Positions 9,292 through 19,373 of a stretch of 56,327 bases of DNA are shown one piece after another. The DNA lies in the NCBI GenBank assembly GCA_018830525.1, contig JAHJSH010000001.1, positions 1-56,327 of the forward strand, read 5' to 3'. This DNA is from Nanobdellota archaeon. GTDB taxonomy: Archaea; Nanobdellota; Nanobdellia; Pacearchaeales; GW2011-AR1. Both the position numbers and the translations under genes were made by a program. The notes under the pieces are model-generated. The model had not been told where the DNA came from. It searched no databases and worked only from the letters and a program-made list of their open reading frames with translations. Numbering within the stretch: the first letter of the stretch is position 1; each line of letters begins with the position of its first letter.

Positions 9292-9621
9292 ATGAAAACC
9301 TCAAAAATCGGAGAACTAATCCTCGGAAAATTCCGAACAGAAATCCATGCAACACAAGATGTAAAAGATTTATTCAAAAAATGGAATCTCTCTTTAGCAA
9401 CACTAATCCCCCCAGCATGGCTTTGGTATGACAATGAACTTTTAGAAGTAATTGATGAAGATGGCGACGGCAAACCTGATAAAAAATTCGGAACCGAGTT
9501 CAAATTAATTTATACATTGGAATCTAAAGATGCAAGAGATCTAGAACAAGAAGCACTATTCGTATCAAAAACTACAATCAAAAATATTAAATTAAAATAT
9601 ATCGCTCTGAAGAATGCCTAA
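9292..9621 (+). CDS. Hypothetical protein
   Basis: ORF overlapping the downstream DHH gene by 8 nt. Confidence 0.45.
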   Translation: MKTSKIGELILGKFRTEIHATQDVKDLFKKWNLSLATLIPPAWLWYDNELLEVIDEDGDGKPDKKFGTEFKLIYTLESKDARDLEQEALFVSKTTIKNIKLKYIALKNA

Positions 9622-10615
9622 AATTAATTTCAATGAAGCAAAAGAATTCTTAGACAACATCACAAAGGAAGACAACATAGTAGTTATACATCATGATGAT
9701 GGAGACGGATTTGCATCAGGGATTATATTTTATGATTGGTGCAAACAAAAAGGTGCAAAAGTCCAAAATCTTCTTTTTTCATATAGAATTGGAAACGAGA
9801 AACCAGACCTGAGCTCATTTAACAAAATAATCATAACTGATATCGCACCATCCGGAATCAAAGAGCTGCAATTACCTATAGAAAAACCAATATTTTATAC
9901 AGACCATCACCCAGAAACAAACCATATTCCTGAAGAAATTTTAAAATATCGAACCACAGACCAGGGATACATTCCCTCTGCAAGAACGGCTGGAGAACTA
10001 ACTGGGATAAAAAAATGGCTCAGCATAATAGGAACCATAACAGATGCGGGGGACTTATATCCTGAAAATCAAAAATTCATAAATGAATTACTAAATGAAA
10101 AGAAAATTACAATTCAAGAATTCAGAGAAAACTACAGCAACATATTCACAAACACTCTTATTTATTTCCATGACGAGCAACAAAAAGCATTCGAAATTAT
10201 AAAAGAGATAAAATCCTTAGAAGAATTCAAAAAACTTAACAAATATTCAGAAGCCATAGAAGAAGAACTTGGAAGGATAGTAAATGAATATAATGAGAAA
10301 AAAGAAAAAATCGGTGACATTAATTTCTTCTATTTCGAAACAAAATTCTATATCAAAAAAGCATTAGCCGCAATCATAAGTAGAAATAATCCTAAAGAAA
10401 CAATAATCTTTGTAACCCCCCAAGATAAAAAATATCTTTCGATTAGTGCAAGAGATCAAACAAGAAAAAAAGACATGGCAGAACTTCTAAAAGAAGGAAT
10501 TAAAGGACTAAAAAACTCCGGAGCAGGAGGCCACGTCCCAGCAGCAGGCGCAGAAATACAATCAAAAGACCTTGAAAAATTCAAAGAGAATATACGACGA
10601 AGTCGATCATATTAA
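9614..10615 (+). CDS. DHH/DHHA1-family phosphoesterase (NrnA/RecJ-like)
   Basis: VIHHDDGDGFASG, TDHHP, and C-terminal GAGGHVPAAGA (DHHA1 GGH motif). Confidence 0.75.
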   Translation: MPKINFNEAKEFLDNITKEDNIVVIHHDDGDGFASGIIFYDWCKQKGAKVQNLLFSYRIGNEKPDLSSFNKIIITDIAPSGIKELQLPIEKPIFYTDHHPETNHIPEEILKYRTTDQGYIPSARTAGELTGIKKWLSIIGTITDAGDLYPENQKFINELLNEKKITIQEFRENYSNIFTNTLIYFHDEQQKAFEIIKEIKSLEEFKKLNKYSEAIEEELGRIVNEYNEKKEKIGDINFFYFETKFYIKKALAAIISRNNPKETIIFVTPQDKKYLSISARDQTRKKDMAELLKEGIKGLKNSGAGGHVPAAGAEIQSKDLEKFKENIRRSRSY

Positions 10616-10737
10616 AGGAAAGTGAAGCCAGAGAAACCTTGGTTTTCTAGGCAAAACATTCGTAACTACACGACAAGCCCAAAAAATCTTAAAGTGCCCT
10701 TATAAACCTTACCGATATTTTATCAACGACAATAACC

Positions 10738-10745
10738 CTTATAAA
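10738..10745 (+). promoter_or_regulatory. TATA box CTTATAAA 21 nt upstream of ATG 10767; a second copy of CCCTTATAAACCT lies about 40 nt further upstream
   Basis: Read directly; the 13-nt block is duplicated near 10697 and 10735. Confidence 0.45.
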
Positions 10746-10766
10746 CCTCCAAAAATTTCTTAGTAT

Positions 10767-11939
10767 ATGGAAGAAGACGATGAACCGCCCAATCGGGGGG
10801 GAATTTCTACATTAGTCAGAACTGTACAAGGGGACAGAAAATCAATAATCTTACTCCCTTCTGAGTCTCTAGAAGAAATAGCGGTTTGTAATCCAGCCGT
10901 ATGTGAAAATCATTTTATCTATAGAGCCCGAGAAAAGGCAAACAACAGATACGGAGAAAAGTCAGTTGTAAGGTATCGTAAATTAATTACCCTCTATCAA
11001 CTATCTGAAGAATCGAGAAAAATTTTAGTTCCAGAATTCGAATATGAAAAAGATGGAATCGAAGATGCAAGAGTTTCAAAAGATGGACAATACAACATAG
11101 TCTATGTAGGATTTAATGAAGACCATGAAAATGGGGGAGCAAAAGTAGCTCTCGCGACTACAGAAGATTTTAAGGATATACAAAAACATGGAATCATCGG
11201 GCCCCAGGTAAGATTAGAAGAAGCAATTAGATTTGCGGGAGGACCAAACACATACTATGGGGGGATATTCGACATAGAACTCCGGGGAGAAAGAAAGAAA
11301 AATCCTGGCGTCAATCCATTCGTGATGGATAAAGATGCGACAATAGTATATGCTAAATCTGGACAACCAATATTCCTTCACAGAGTAGGAAATGCAATCC
11401 AAGCAACTCCCTTTGACTCAATCAAAGATTTACAAAACCCTGCATTCTGGGAATATAATTTTGGAAAACTAGAAGAAGATACAATTCTTTATCCTGGAAG
11501 GAGATGGGCTCCAGAAAAAGTAGGATTGGGAGGAACTCCGATAACAATCATAGACAGCGAAGGAAACGAGAGAAAAATAGGACACGTTCATGGAGTAGAG
11601 AAAAAAGAAAGTGAAAAGTTAACTGAATACATCTACAAGAGCACCATTGCAGAATTTGATCCAGAAACATTTCACATCAAGGCAATTATCAGAGATCCAA
11701 TTCTACTTCCAGACCCAAAATACATTTTTATTGAAAAGGATGGAGAATACACTATAAAAAAATATATCAATTTTGCAACAGGTATAGCAATAGACCCAAA
11801 CGACGATTCAATAATTTGTAATTATTCAGGGTTGGGAGATTATGGGATAGAATTAAGAACAAATAACCTAAAACAATGGCTACTAAAAGAACTCTCCAAC
11901 CCACATAATTCAATAGAAAACTGGCAAAGAGTAAACTAA
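10767..11939 (+). CDS. Beta-propeller glycosidase-related protein (GH130-like, tentative)
   Basis: GIEDARVSKDGQYNIVYVGFNEDHENGGAKVALATTEDFKD resembles the G-EDPR-...-Y-Y block of GH130/PH1107-related proteins. Confidence 0.35.
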   Translation: MEEDDEPPNRGGISTLVRTVQGDRKSIILLPSESLEEIAVCNPAVCENHFIYRAREKANNRYGEKSVVRYRKLITLYQLSEESRKILVPEFEYEKDGIEDARVSKDGQYNIVYVGFNEDHENGGAKVALATTEDFKDIQKHGIIGPQVRLEEAIRFAGGPNTYYGGIFDIELRGERKKNPGVNPFVMDKDATIVYAKSGQPIFLHRVGNAIQATPFDSIKDLQNPAFWEYNFGKLEEDTILYPGRRWAPEKVGLGGTPITIIDSEGNERKIGHVHGVEKKESEKLTEYIYKSTIAEFDPETFHIKAIIRDPILLPDPKYIFIEKDGEYTIKKYINFATGIAIDPNDDSIICNYSGLGDYGIELRTNNLKQWLLKELSNPHNSIENWQRVN

Positions 11940-12187
11940 CCTAGAAAGTCTTCTCTCGATAATAACCTTCAAAATCGCAGCAAGCGAAGCGCGACAGATT
12001 TTTACGCGCGACTTCACGTCGCAAGACTAACTTAAATAACATAGGTTAAACTACACATATTCTTTTAAACAAAAACAATGTTCTATTATTATCAAATTTC
12101 ATCTATTGAAAGTAACATCAAAGATGTTTCATACAACATTTTGGATTACACTCAAAAAATTGAAAGGAGGTTTAATAAAAAGAGAAT

Positions 12188-13267
12188 ATGCCATTAGATT
12201 TTGCAAAAGAAGCGATAGAAAACGCAGACAAAAACAGCATCAATTTCGATGACCTAAGAGCTGGAAAAGCTAACATTAAGGTTTTCGGTATCGGTGGATG
12301 TGGATGTAATATGGCTACCTGGCTTTTCAACAAGGGCATCAATGGAGCTACCATTTACGGAGTTAACACTGATGCACTTCATTTATCCATTACAAAGACT
12401 GATGAGAAGATCCTTATCGGTAAGGAACTAACACGAGGTCTTGGTTGTGGAGGCTACCCTAAGAGGGGACGAGAAGCTGCTAAAGAATCTCTTACTGACT
12501 TGAAAAGAGCTGTTTCGAATTCGGATATGGTTTTTGTTCTGGCCGGTATGGGAGGAGGTTCCGGAACCGGAGCCATTCCAGTAGTTGCTCAATTAGCTAA
12601 AGAAGCAGGAGCGGTAGTTATTGCAGTTGTCACAATGCCTTTCGAGGCAGAAAAAGCAAGAATCGATAAAGCAGAGTTCGGTCTTCAAGAACTAAGAGAA
12701 GTTGTCGACACAGTAATTGTACTAGACAACAATCGATTAGTAGATATAGCTGGCCAGCTACCAATGGAACAAGCCTTCGCAGTTGCGAATGAACTTGTAT
12801 CCACTATGATTAAAGGTATCGTAGAGACAATCACATTACCTTCGTTAATCAACCTAGACTACGCAGACGTTTCTGCAATTATGAAAAACGGAGATGTAGC
12901 AGTTATTGGTATTGGCGAGGACAACTCGAACGCAAGAGTAGAAGCAGCAGTTCAGCAAGCTCTAACACATCCATTATTGGATGTAGATTATCGGGGAGCA
13001 ACAGGTGCATTAGTCCATATCACATGCGGTCCAGATTTGAAACTTGAAGAGTTCGATAATATCGGACGACTCGTAACCGAAAACCTAAGCCCAGAAGCTC
13101 AGGTAATCATCGGTGCAAGAGTTAACAAAGAATTCCAAGGAAGAGTAAGAGTCATTACAATTATGACAGGTGTTAAGTCGCCATACATCCTAGGAAAAAA
13201 CACAAGTAGATTCGAAGAAGAAGACAGAATCAGTGTTAATGAACTCGGTCTAGACGATTTAAGTTAA
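12188..13267 (+). CDS. ftsZ: Cell division GTPase FtsZ
   Basis: VFGIGGCGCN, GMGGGSGTGAIPVVAQLAKEAGAVVIAVVTMPFEAE, NLDYADVSAIM. Confidence 0.9.
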   Translation: MPLDFAKEAIENADKNSINFDDLRAGKANIKVFGIGGCGCNMATWLFNKGINGATIYGVNTDALHLSITKTDEKILIGKELTRGLGCGGYPKRGREAAKESLTDLKRAVSNSDMVFVLAGMGGGSGTGAIPVVAQLAKEAGAVVIAVVTMPFEAEKARIDKAEFGLQELREVVDTVIVLDNNRLVDIAGQLPMEQAFAVANELVSTMIKGIVETITLPSLINLDYADVSAIMKNGDVAVIGIGEDNSNARVEAAVQQALTHPLLDVDYRGATGALVHITCGPDLKLEEFDNIGRLVTENLSPEAQVIIGARVNKEFQGRVRVITIMTGVKSPYILGKNTSRFEEEDRISVNELGLDDLS

Positions 13268-13280
13268 AACTAACCAAATT

Positions 13281-13321
13281 TTATTATTTTATTTTTTCTT
13301 TATCCTCCGCGAAAGCGGGGG
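13281..13321 (+). terminator. Oligo-T tract followed by a 7-bp GAAA-tetraloop hairpin downstream of ftsZ
   Basis: ttattattttattttttctttat then CCTCCGC-gaaa-GCGGGGG (13304..13321). Confidence 0.3.
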
Positions 13322-13378
13322 ATTAAAATTTATTCTATAGGAAACAAATCCTTATAAATCTTAGAAAGAAAGAATCTT

Positions 13379-13879
13379 ATGAAAAGGTGCATAATTCTAA
13401 GAGGTCCAGCAGGTTCCGGAAAAACTACCCTTTCAAAAGAGCTTGCCAAGATCTATCCATTATACCATATAGAATTAGATATCTTGAGGAAAAAAATACC
13501 AAGAGAAGAAAATGAGCCAAAATTCAGTCAAGAAGAGAAGCTAAGAACAAATAGAATACTAATTCCATTAGTCCGGGAGAAACTAAAAGCCGGACAGAAA
13601 GTTATAATCGATGAAGTATTCTACTACAAAAGCCAACTTAATGAAATAAAAAAAGAATTTTCAAAAGAGATAATCATCTTTAATTTAACTTGTCCATTAG
13701 AGCTCTGTTTATCCAGAAATAGAAGTAGAAGGTCATTGGGAGAAAGAAAGACCACTGATGAAGCAACAAAAACTATTCACTTTCTAGTCTCACAACTAAA
13801 AGAAGGTATTAAAATTGATACTTCAAATAAAACAATTCAGGAAACATTAAAAGAAATTATATCTAACCTAGAGATTTAA
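13379..13879 (+). CDS. P-loop NTPase/kinase-like protein (AAA_33-type)
   Basis: Walker A ILRGPAGSGKTTLSKEL; CTTATAAA box 20 nt upstream. Confidence 0.55.
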   Translation: MKRCIILRGPAGSGKTTLSKELAKIYPLYHIELDILRKKIPREENEPKFSQEEKLRTNRILIPLVREKLKAGQKVIIDEVFYYKSQLNEIKKEFSKEIIIFNLTCPLELCLSRNRSRRSLGERKTTDEATKTIHFLVSQLKEGIKIDTSNKTIQETLKEIISNLEI

Positions 13880-13925
13880 AATTTATCACAATAATCCTTA
13901 TATAGTTTAAACAAGAGATTAATTT

Positions 13926-14150
13926 ATGAAAAATCATGGAGGATATGGAGGACAAGGAGATTATTCATTTGAAACAGAAAAACCAATATTCCCCAATGCA
14001 CTAGATATTATAGCAAATATTGCATACATACCTATAGCAATCTATAAAACTACTAAAAAAATTCTAACTGCCCCAGCTAGGGGATTAGAAAAATTAGCCA
14101 AGAATACAATAAAAGACCTCGGTGGATTTGAAGAAGATGACCTCGATTAA
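13926..14150 (+). CDS. Small hypothetical protein
   Basis: ORF only. Confidence 0.35.
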   Translation: MKNHGGYGGQGDYSFETEKPIFPNALDIIANIAYIPIAIYKTTKKILTAPARGLEKLAKNTIKDLGGFEEDDLD

Positions 14151-14159
14151 TCAATAATT

Positions 14160-14357
14160 TCAAGAAATCTCAATACAAACATCAGCACACATTGTATAAC
14201 AAAGCCCACAACCAGTACAGTCCTTTTCAGAATCTCTAACCGGATAAAAATAACCCTTATTATTTGTCTTCGAGGACATCGATAAATAATCTACGGGACA
14301 AGCATCAACGCACAGCCCACAACCTTTACATCTCTCAATATCAATTTCTAAACTCAT
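14160..14357 (-). CDS. 2x[4Fe-4S] ferredoxin
   Basis: CKGCGLCVDACP and CTGCGLCYTMCADVC. Confidence 0.8.
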   Translation of the reverse strand: MSLEIDIERCKGCGLCVDACPVDYLSMSSKTNNKGYFYPVRDSEKDCTGCGLCYTMCADVCIEIS

Positions 14358-14926
14358 TATATCGCATCAAAACTAACCTTCTCCTGAGGGGTCATCTTCT
14401 TATTCTTCCACTTATCAAAATAAATAACATTTTCTAAATCCGGCTTAGCCCGTCGCTCAGAACCCTTAACTTTCGTCTCTTTACCAATCGGAAAAAGAGC
14501 TTCAACATGTAAATCTTCAGAAATTTCTAATGCACTCTTAACCTGGTCTTCATAAAAATGCCCCACCCAACTTGTAACCAATCCAAATTCAGTCAGGACA
14601 AGTAAAAAATTCTGAATAGCTGCCCCTGCCTGTTGAGAAGCATAACGAACTCCTTTCCCACCATAACTACGAACTAACTTAGAATCATCACTTACCGCGA
14701 CAACAACATATTTCGCAGTCCCAACATAATCTTGCTGTGCAGCCTTAGCTAACTCAGAAATCTTCTTCTCATCAGAAACTAAAATAAACTTCAATGCAAA
14801 TTGTCCTCCTGCACTCGGAGCAAAACGCGCAGCATCAATCGCTCGAATAATCTTCCTCCAATCTGGCTTCTTATCCATATATCTTCGAACACTTTTCCGT
14901 TGTTTAATCGCAGTCTTCAAATCCAT
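14357..14926 (-). CDS. Nitroreductase-family protein
   Basis: RKSVRRY...IIRAIDAARFAPSAGGQ; 1-nt overlap with the ferredoxin gene. Confidence 0.7.
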   Translation of the reverse strand: MDLKTAIKQRKSVRRYMDKKPDWRKIIRAIDAARFAPSAGGQFALKFILVSDEKKISELAKAAQQDYVGTAKYVVVAVSDDSKLVRSYGGKGVRYASQQAGAAIQNFLLVLTEFGLVTSWVGHFYEDQVKSALEISEDLHVEALFPIGKETKVKGSERRAKPDLENVIYFDKWKNKKMTPQEKVSFDAI

Positions 14927-15015
14927 AACATAAACTCGGGAAAGAACTTTATAAAACTAACCGAAGAATAACCCCTAGAAAAATATGTTATTAGAAAGTA
15001 GTTACATTAGGAAGG

Positions 15016-15023
15016 TTTATAAA
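15016..15023 (+). promoter_or_regulatory. TATA box TTTATAAA 21 nt upstream of ATG 15045
   Basis: Read directly. Confidence 0.5.
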
Positions 15024-15044
15024 TAAATTTTCCAGAATTTATCT

Positions 15045-16364
15045 ATGATTAAAAAAATAATAATTGGTAGTCACGCGACGGAAATTCCAACTAGATGCGG
15101 AATCGCAACATATACCGCGCATTTAACAAACGAAATGATAAAACACCCGCGAGTAGCAGGTCTCCAAATCAACGCATTAAACTATGGAAACCAAAAATAT
15201 GTACCGGAAAGGGAACAATATAAATGGCGAGAAACTAATATCAAAAATCCAAATATTGATGTTGCAGGACTATTAGACGATATAGAACGAGCTAGAGATT
15301 ACTGGGCCGAAGGAGGAATGGAAAGAGTTGAAGTAATCAGCCATGAATACGGAATTTTCAGAGATGGGAAAGGCAAAGATTTCCTAGTCCCTCTATTAAA
15401 GGGATTAAATCAAAGAAAAATAACTTCAGTTTTTATTCCGCACACAATTCTACTGGGCCCTGAAAAACATGATCCAGATTACCGGCAGATTATGGAAGAA
15501 GCTGTACAGTTCCCAAACCACATCTTCGCACTAACGCCCGAAGCGATAGAAATGTTAGAAGGACCATACAACGCACCAAGGATAAACGTAAGTTATGTGC
15601 CTCACGGAATCAACGACGTGAAAAACGATGATAGATTCAAAAATCGTCTCCCTAGACCGAAGATAAAATCAAAATTCGGAATCAAACAAGAAACAGACGT
15701 CTATGTTTCCGGAGGATTCTTTTCAAAAGGAAAATTAATTGACCACGCCATAAAAGCATTCGCAATAAACCGAAAAAAAGGATACGAAAATTTCCAATAT
15801 TATATAATTGGATTAGAAAAAGATAAAGAATGGAAAGACTATTGTTTCAACTTAGCAAAAAGTTTAGGCCTAAATCCATTATCTTTAGGAAATGGAGACG
15901 ATGGAGGGGGATTAGAACAATTAATCAAACACGATTTAAATCCTCACAAAATAATTTTCTTCAATACTTACCTCAACGATGGAGAATCCTACGATAGCAA
16001 AGTTATGGCAAAAGCAATAATCACCGTCAATGAAAGCGAATCACAAATTTCCAGCGGAGAAATCGCAAGAGCTTTAGAAGCAAAAAGAGTTCCAATTTCC
16101 TATGCCTCTCCAATCGTAAGAGATATGGCGAGGGAAGGTGTTGGATTTTCTGTTGAACCTAAAAACATAGAAAAGTTGGCAGAAACGATATACTTTTATG
16201 CGAAAGACGGAAACCAAAAAGAATTAGAACTTGCTTCTGCTAAGATTGGTTCTAAAGCAATTTGGGAAAAATCAACTCGAGACATGATTGATATCATAAC
16301 AACAATAGTTGACAATGATGAAGAAGACCTCGCAGAATCAAGAACAATTTTGGAAGACAAATGA
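15045..16364 (+). CDS. Glycosyltransferase (GT4/group 1-like, tentative)
   Basis: N-terminal IIIGSHATEIPTRCGIATYTAHL typical of GT-B mannosyl/glycosyltransferases; size and layout fit. Confidence 0.45.
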   Translation: MIKKIIIGSHATEIPTRCGIATYTAHLTNEMIKHPRVAGLQINALNYGNQKYVPEREQYKWRETNIKNPNIDVAGLLDDIERARDYWAEGGMERVEVISHEYGIFRDGKGKDFLVPLLKGLNQRKITSVFIPHTILLGPEKHDPDYRQIMEEAVQFPNHIFALTPEAIEMLEGPYNAPRINVSYVPHGINDVKNDDRFKNRLPRPKIKSKFGIKQETDVYVSGGFFSKGKLIDHAIKAFAINRKKGYENFQYYIIGLEKDKEWKDYCFNLAKSLGLNPLSLGNGDDGGGLEQLIKHDLNPHKIIFFNTYLNDGESYDSKVMAKAIITVNESESQISSGEIARALEAKRVPISYASPIVRDMAREGVGFSVEPKNIEKLAETIYFYAKDGNQKELELASAKIGSKAIWEKSTRDMIDIITTIVDNDEEDLAESRTILEDK

Positions 16365-16384
16365 AAGAAAAACTAGGAAAATAT

Positions 16385-17470
16385 TTAATCTGAAGAAGGA
16401 ATATATTTTTTAATCTCTTCAGCAAGAGAATTTCCAAAATCCTTAGAATCACAATCTGCAAGACGACAAATCCCATAATAAATAGCCTTAGAATTTGATG
16501 CCCCATGACCTTTAACAATTACCCCATCATATCCCAGAATAACTGCCCCACTATGCTTATCAGGATCAACTTTAGCCAAAAGATTATTTTTTATTTTCGT
16601 TAAAGGACCACTAGCTAAAAACAATTTTGTTTTATCATAAAAATTCAGTTTTGAGATTTCATCTTTAGTCAAACCAATCAGTCTACTAAAACAAGCTTCT
16701 GCAGTTTTAAGATACAAATTTCCCTCGTAACCATCAACAAGAACAACATCAACTTTCCCATCCAAACAATCACCAGGTTCAACCTTGCCCCGATAATCAA
16801 TAAGATTTCCTAAACTCCTCTCCCGAATACCTTTCGCCACAAGAACTTCAAGCGCTTTATCAATATCGCTCCCCTTATGTTCTTCTACCCCATTAGACAA
16901 AATTCCCCATCGAGGCCGCTCAATACCTCTACTCTTCATATAAAAAGTGGACATAAGAGCTTGTTTGTAAATCCCATTAGCAAATCCTCTAACAGCCTCA
17001 AGATAATTTTCCTTATCAGAATGTTGAGTAGTAAATCCTACATCAGAGCAAACATACTCCTCACCAAAAACATTAGGAAAAATTGCAACCAAGGCGGGGG
17101 CTCCACAACTCTTATTTCTTATTTTACTAGCTTCAAGCGCAACCTTCGAAGTATCTCCTATACTAAAAAAACCCTCAATATTCCCAGAACGAATTGATTC
17201 GGCCAAATTATTCAAAACCGAGCCCTTAACCCGACGATCTATCTTTTCAACTTGAGAATAAAACTGAGAAGCTTGAACAATCTTAACTCCCTTGGGAAGA
17301 GTATTCCTAAAACAATCTAATATTTTCTCCTCATCCCCATGTAAATAAATTTTAACGTCAGGACGTTTCCTAGAAAAACGTTGAACAGCAGATGTAACCC
17401 TCTTAGTTACACTTCCATTAGGAGTATAATCCCCATTCTCTACATCTATTCCGATTTTGCTTAATGCCAT
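16385..17470 (-). CDS. plsX: PlsX-family phosphate acyltransferase homolog
   Basis: Collinear with recalled bacterial PlsX blocks: PRWGILSNGVEEHKG, GKVDVVLVDGYEGNLYLKTAEA, HSGAVILGYDGVIVKGHGASNSKAIYYGI. The N-terminal GGD is replaced by ENGD. Confidence 0.7.
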   Translation of the reverse strand: MALSKIGIDVENGDYTPNGSVTKRVTSAVQRFSRKRPDVKIYLHGDEEKILDCFRNTLPKGVKIVQASQFYSQVEKIDRRVKGSVLNNLAESIRSGNIEGFFSIGDTSKVALEASKIRNKSCGAPALVAIFPNVFGEEYVCSDVGFTTQHSDKENYLEAVRGFANGIYKQALMSTFYMKSRGIERPRWGILSNGVEEHKGSDIDKALEVLVAKGIRERSLGNLIDYRGKVEPGDCLDGKVDVVLVDGYEGNLYLKTAEACFSRLIGLTKDEISKLNFYDKTKLFLASGPLTKIKNNLLAKVDPDKHSGAVILGYDGVIVKGHGASNSKAIYYGICRLADCDSKDFGNSLAEEIKKYIPSSD

Positions 17471-17518
17471 CTTACGTTATCAGAACTCTTTTTCCCTTGG
17501 GACACTTTTGAATTATCA

Positions 17519-17591
17519 CGCCCGGAAGAGGACTCGAACCTCCGACATCACGATTAACAGTCGTGCGCTCTACCTGCTGAGCTATCCGGGC
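17519..17591 (-). tRNA. tRNA-Asn (anticodon GTT), no encoded CCA
   Basis: GCCCGGATAGCTCAGCAGGTAGAGCGCACGACTGTTAATCGTGATGTCGGAGGTTCGAGTCCTCTTCCGGGCG folds as a cloverleaf: 7-bp acceptor, GCTC/GAGC D stem, CACGA/TCGTG anticodon stem, CTGTTAA loop, TTCGAGT T loop. Confidence 0.95.
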
Positions 17592-17707
17592 TTTCTACTT
17601 AGAAATTTAACCCATTTTTAAACCTTGTTTATTTATGGAATTTAACATTTGAACAACCTCATCAAGCCCTACCAAAAGATAATCTTCAATAACTCCATTT
17701 TCCTTTT

Positions 17708-18352
17708 TTATCTCTCCAAGTCCCTTTCAGCTTCAGCAAGATCGGGCTCACCAGAGGGCTCACTAGAGTCATCCTTTGAGGAGTCATGCCCGATGAGGGC
17801 GTCATCAGACAATCCACCTTCAACATCCAAATCCTTAACACTCTCTTTCAGCCCAAAATCGTCTTCATCAAATTTTCGCCGAGAAGCATTCTGTTTCTCC
17901 AAATAAGCAAACACATTCCCATGCTTCGCCCCTTGAATCAACGACTTAATCGCCTGAGTAACCGCGTCGAGATGTGCTGAATCTGCAATCAACCCAACCC
18001 GATTATCATGAATTACAATGACCGAACCAGTTAAATTCTCAATAGTTTTCCTTGCCTTTCCACCAGTCCCAATCAATCGCGCCCGAACATCTTTCAAATT
18101 CTTACGCCGAGTATGTTCCTTCACCCCAATAAACTCTAAAACAAAATCTTCATTTTTCAAAAGCAAAGCATCCTCAACATCAAAACCAAAATCTACCGCC
18201 CGAAGAATCTTTACAACTAAATACTCGTTCAACTCCGAACCCTTAACCGAAACACTCCCCCTCCCAAAACCAATCTTAACTTTAATTTTATTCTCAATCG
18301 CAGGCACAGCTTTCTTAATCTTTTTCATACTCAAAACCGGAACATTTCTCAT
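17708..18352 (-). CDS. KH-domain RNA-binding protein (archaeal Dim2/Pno1-like) with an acidic C-terminal tail
   Basis: RLIGTGGKARKTIENLTGSVIVIHDNRVGLI (KH GxxG) plus an upstream KH-like repeat. Confidence 0.7.
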   Translation of the reverse strand: MRNVPVLSMKKIKKAVPAIENKIKVKIGFGRGSVSVKGSELNEYLVVKILRAVDFGFDVEDALLLKNEDFVLEFIGVKEHTRRKNLKDVRARLIGTGGKARKTIENLTGSVIVIHDNRVGLIADSAHLDAVTQAIKSLIQGAKHGNVFAYLEKQNASRRKFDEDDFGLKESVKDLDVEGGLSDDALIGHDSSKDDSSEPSGEPDLAEAERDLER

Positions 18353-18382
18353 ATTTCTAAGAAAGAATAAGTGTTTATAAGA

Positions 18383-18976
18383 CTAATCATTAAAATATTT
18401 TAACAAAACCTCTTCTGCCTCATCCAAGGTTCTCCCAAAAAAAATAATACCTTCACGACGTCCACCCATAACAATTATCTTTTTATCAGAGACATTTGAC
18501 TCTCTAAACAATCTCTTAATTTCTTCGGCCATTTCAGGAGTACCATAAGATACATCCTCCCGAGTAGTAGGCATTTTATCCTTAAGCTTTTCCCACATCT
18601 CAAGATTATGGATATGAATAACCGCTTTTGTATCTAGCAAACATTCATAAATCATGGCATGAGATAGAGATTCTGAAGAAACATTTATCGGCCCCTTGCA
18701 AGTCAGACTATTTTTAGAAAAATCATAATCATTCACCAAAGCATAATGATTTCCATCTAATTTAGAAAAGTTACCCGTAGCCAAACCAGTAATTATAAAC
18801 TCATTATTCTCTAACTTCATACTGATATTTCCAAAACCAACCCCATCAGAAGAAGCCCCTACCAATTTAAGCCCATATAATTTATCTCTCAGGTTATTTA
18901 TTTCAATTAATCGTTGAATTTGAATAGGTTTGTCTCTTACCCTTTTACAATTAAACTTAATATAACCATCATCCAT
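18383..18976 (-). CDS. Class II aldolase/adducin-family protein
   Basis: GFGNISMKLENNEFIITGLATG, SSESLSHAMIYE, AVIHIHN. Confidence 0.55.
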   Translation of the reverse strand: MDDGYIKFNCKRVRDKPIQIQRLIEINNLRDKLYGLKLVGASSDGVGFGNISMKLENNEFIITGLATGNFSKLDGNHYALVNDYDFSKNSLTCKGPINVSSESLSHAMIYECLLDTKAVIHIHNLEMWEKLKDKMPTTREDVSYGTPEMAEEIKRLFRESNVSDKKIIVMGGRREGIIFFGRTLDEAEEVLLKYFND

Positions 18977-18981
18977 CTTAA

Positions 18982-19338
18982 TTAAAATTCGCCTTCCTCA
19001 GTCGTCAACTTCCCCATCTGCTTCAATTTCATAACCTGATTATCAGTATACTTAAACAAAACATCACCTTTATCATTATCAAACTCCCATGGCTCAACAA
19101 TTATCGCATCTCCTTCTCTCAACCAAAGTCCTCTTCTCTTTCTTCCAGGCACCCTACAGTTCCGAGTCTTCCCATCCATACATGAAACAATCATTCGCGA
19201 ACCCCCGACTCTCTGAATTATAATCCCGATTACTTCCTTCTCATTAGGCAACTTTACTCGCACCGGACCTTCATGCCCCGGAACAAAAACCTTCGCCTTA
19301 TTCTTCTTCGACTTATCTTTAAACTTACTAAATGCCAT
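18982..19338 (-). CDS. eif1a: Translation initiation factor aIF-1A
   Basis: VRVKLPNEKEVIGIIIQRVGGSRMIVSCMDGKTRNCRVPGRKRRGLWLREGDAIIV (S1-like OB fold). Confidence 0.9.
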   Translation of the reverse strand: MAFSKFKDKSKKNKAKVFVPGHEGPVRVKLPNEKEVIGIIIQRVGGSRMIVSCMDGKTRNCRVPGRKRRGLWLREGDAIIVEPWEFDNDKGDVLFKYTDNQVMKLKQMGKLTTEEGEF

Positions 19339-19373
19339 AATTAGAACAATTAAAATCTCCTTATAAATCTAAC

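Noticed and set aside
11975-12025. Locally GC-rich patch with a duplicated GCGCGAC and a GCGAC-ttcac-GTCGC hairpin downstream of the GH130-like gene, considered as a possible ncRNA
   Set aside because: It is too short and has no recognisable RNA family features. It is more likely a 3' end or terminator-type structure and cannot be evaluated without covariation data.
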